In this document: piece by piece, positions 63,779 through 64,000 of the stretch
Position numbering within the stretch: the first letter of the stretch is position 1
How the letters are laid out: the number at the start of each line of letters is the position of its first letter
NCBI GenBank assembly: GCA_038087875.1
Contig: CM075990.1
Span: 17,176,001 to 17,240,000 of the forward strand
DNA from: Malacoraja senta
Taxonomy: Eukaryota
Length of the DNA: 64,000 nucleotides
Reading direction: 5' to 3'
The notes under the pieces: model-generated
Seen by the model: only the letters and a program-made list of their open reading frames with translations
Database searches by the model: none
Told to the model about the DNA's origin: nothing
Made by a program: the position numbers and the translations under genes

Positions 63779-63935
63779 GGTGGGGCTTTGTCCAAGTGAT
63801 CGGTGGATGCAGGTGAGGGGGATTGGAAATGCAGCTGCTGCCTGCTTCATGCAGTCCTAAAGTGAATGTGGATTGAAAGATTGAACAGTAATCGGACATG
63901 AACACACTTTGAAAGTGTTCCTCCTTGTGACACAG

Positions 63936-64000
63936 GGCCAGACGGTGTTTGAGTGCCTGTCAGACTGGGGACAGTGCCTATGTGCGGTGTGTCCAACACC
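63936..64000 (+). CDS. WDFY4: WDFY4 exon, WD40 region, truncated by window end (GQTVFECLSDWGQCLCAVCPT)
   Basis: cacag|GGC acceptor; FExLxxWGxCLCAVCP motif. Confidence 0.92.

Overview
Eukaryotic, repeat-rich vertebrate DNA. The repeat complement (HE1-type tRNA SINEs, CR1/HER1-type LINE tails, Penelope-like fragments) points to a cartilaginous fish, probably a skate or ray; this is inference. The window lies wholly inside WDFY4 (+ strand). I mapped 23 consecutive coding exons by GT-AG boundaries, reading-phase continuity and recalled similarity to mammalian WDFY4; they cover the pre-PH region, the PH-BEACH domains and the start of the WD40 region. One exon (6301-6491) lacks a single base in a G-run, breaking the frame. 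LRRC18 (256 aa, single coding exon) is nested antisense in the 14 kb intron 27253-41290, with a candidate upstream non-coding exon and RFX/forkhead-type promoter near 39.7-40.0 kb. Introns contain CR1 LINE fragments, tRNA-derived SINEs, fold-back Penelope-derived elements carrying a minimal hammerhead-ribozyme-like core, PIF/Harbinger-like and hAT-like MITEs with target-site duplications (TSDs), an RTE-derived element and several tandem repeats. No prokaryotic-type system (CRISPR, operon) is present. Family assignments come from recalled sequence knowledge; no database search was run.
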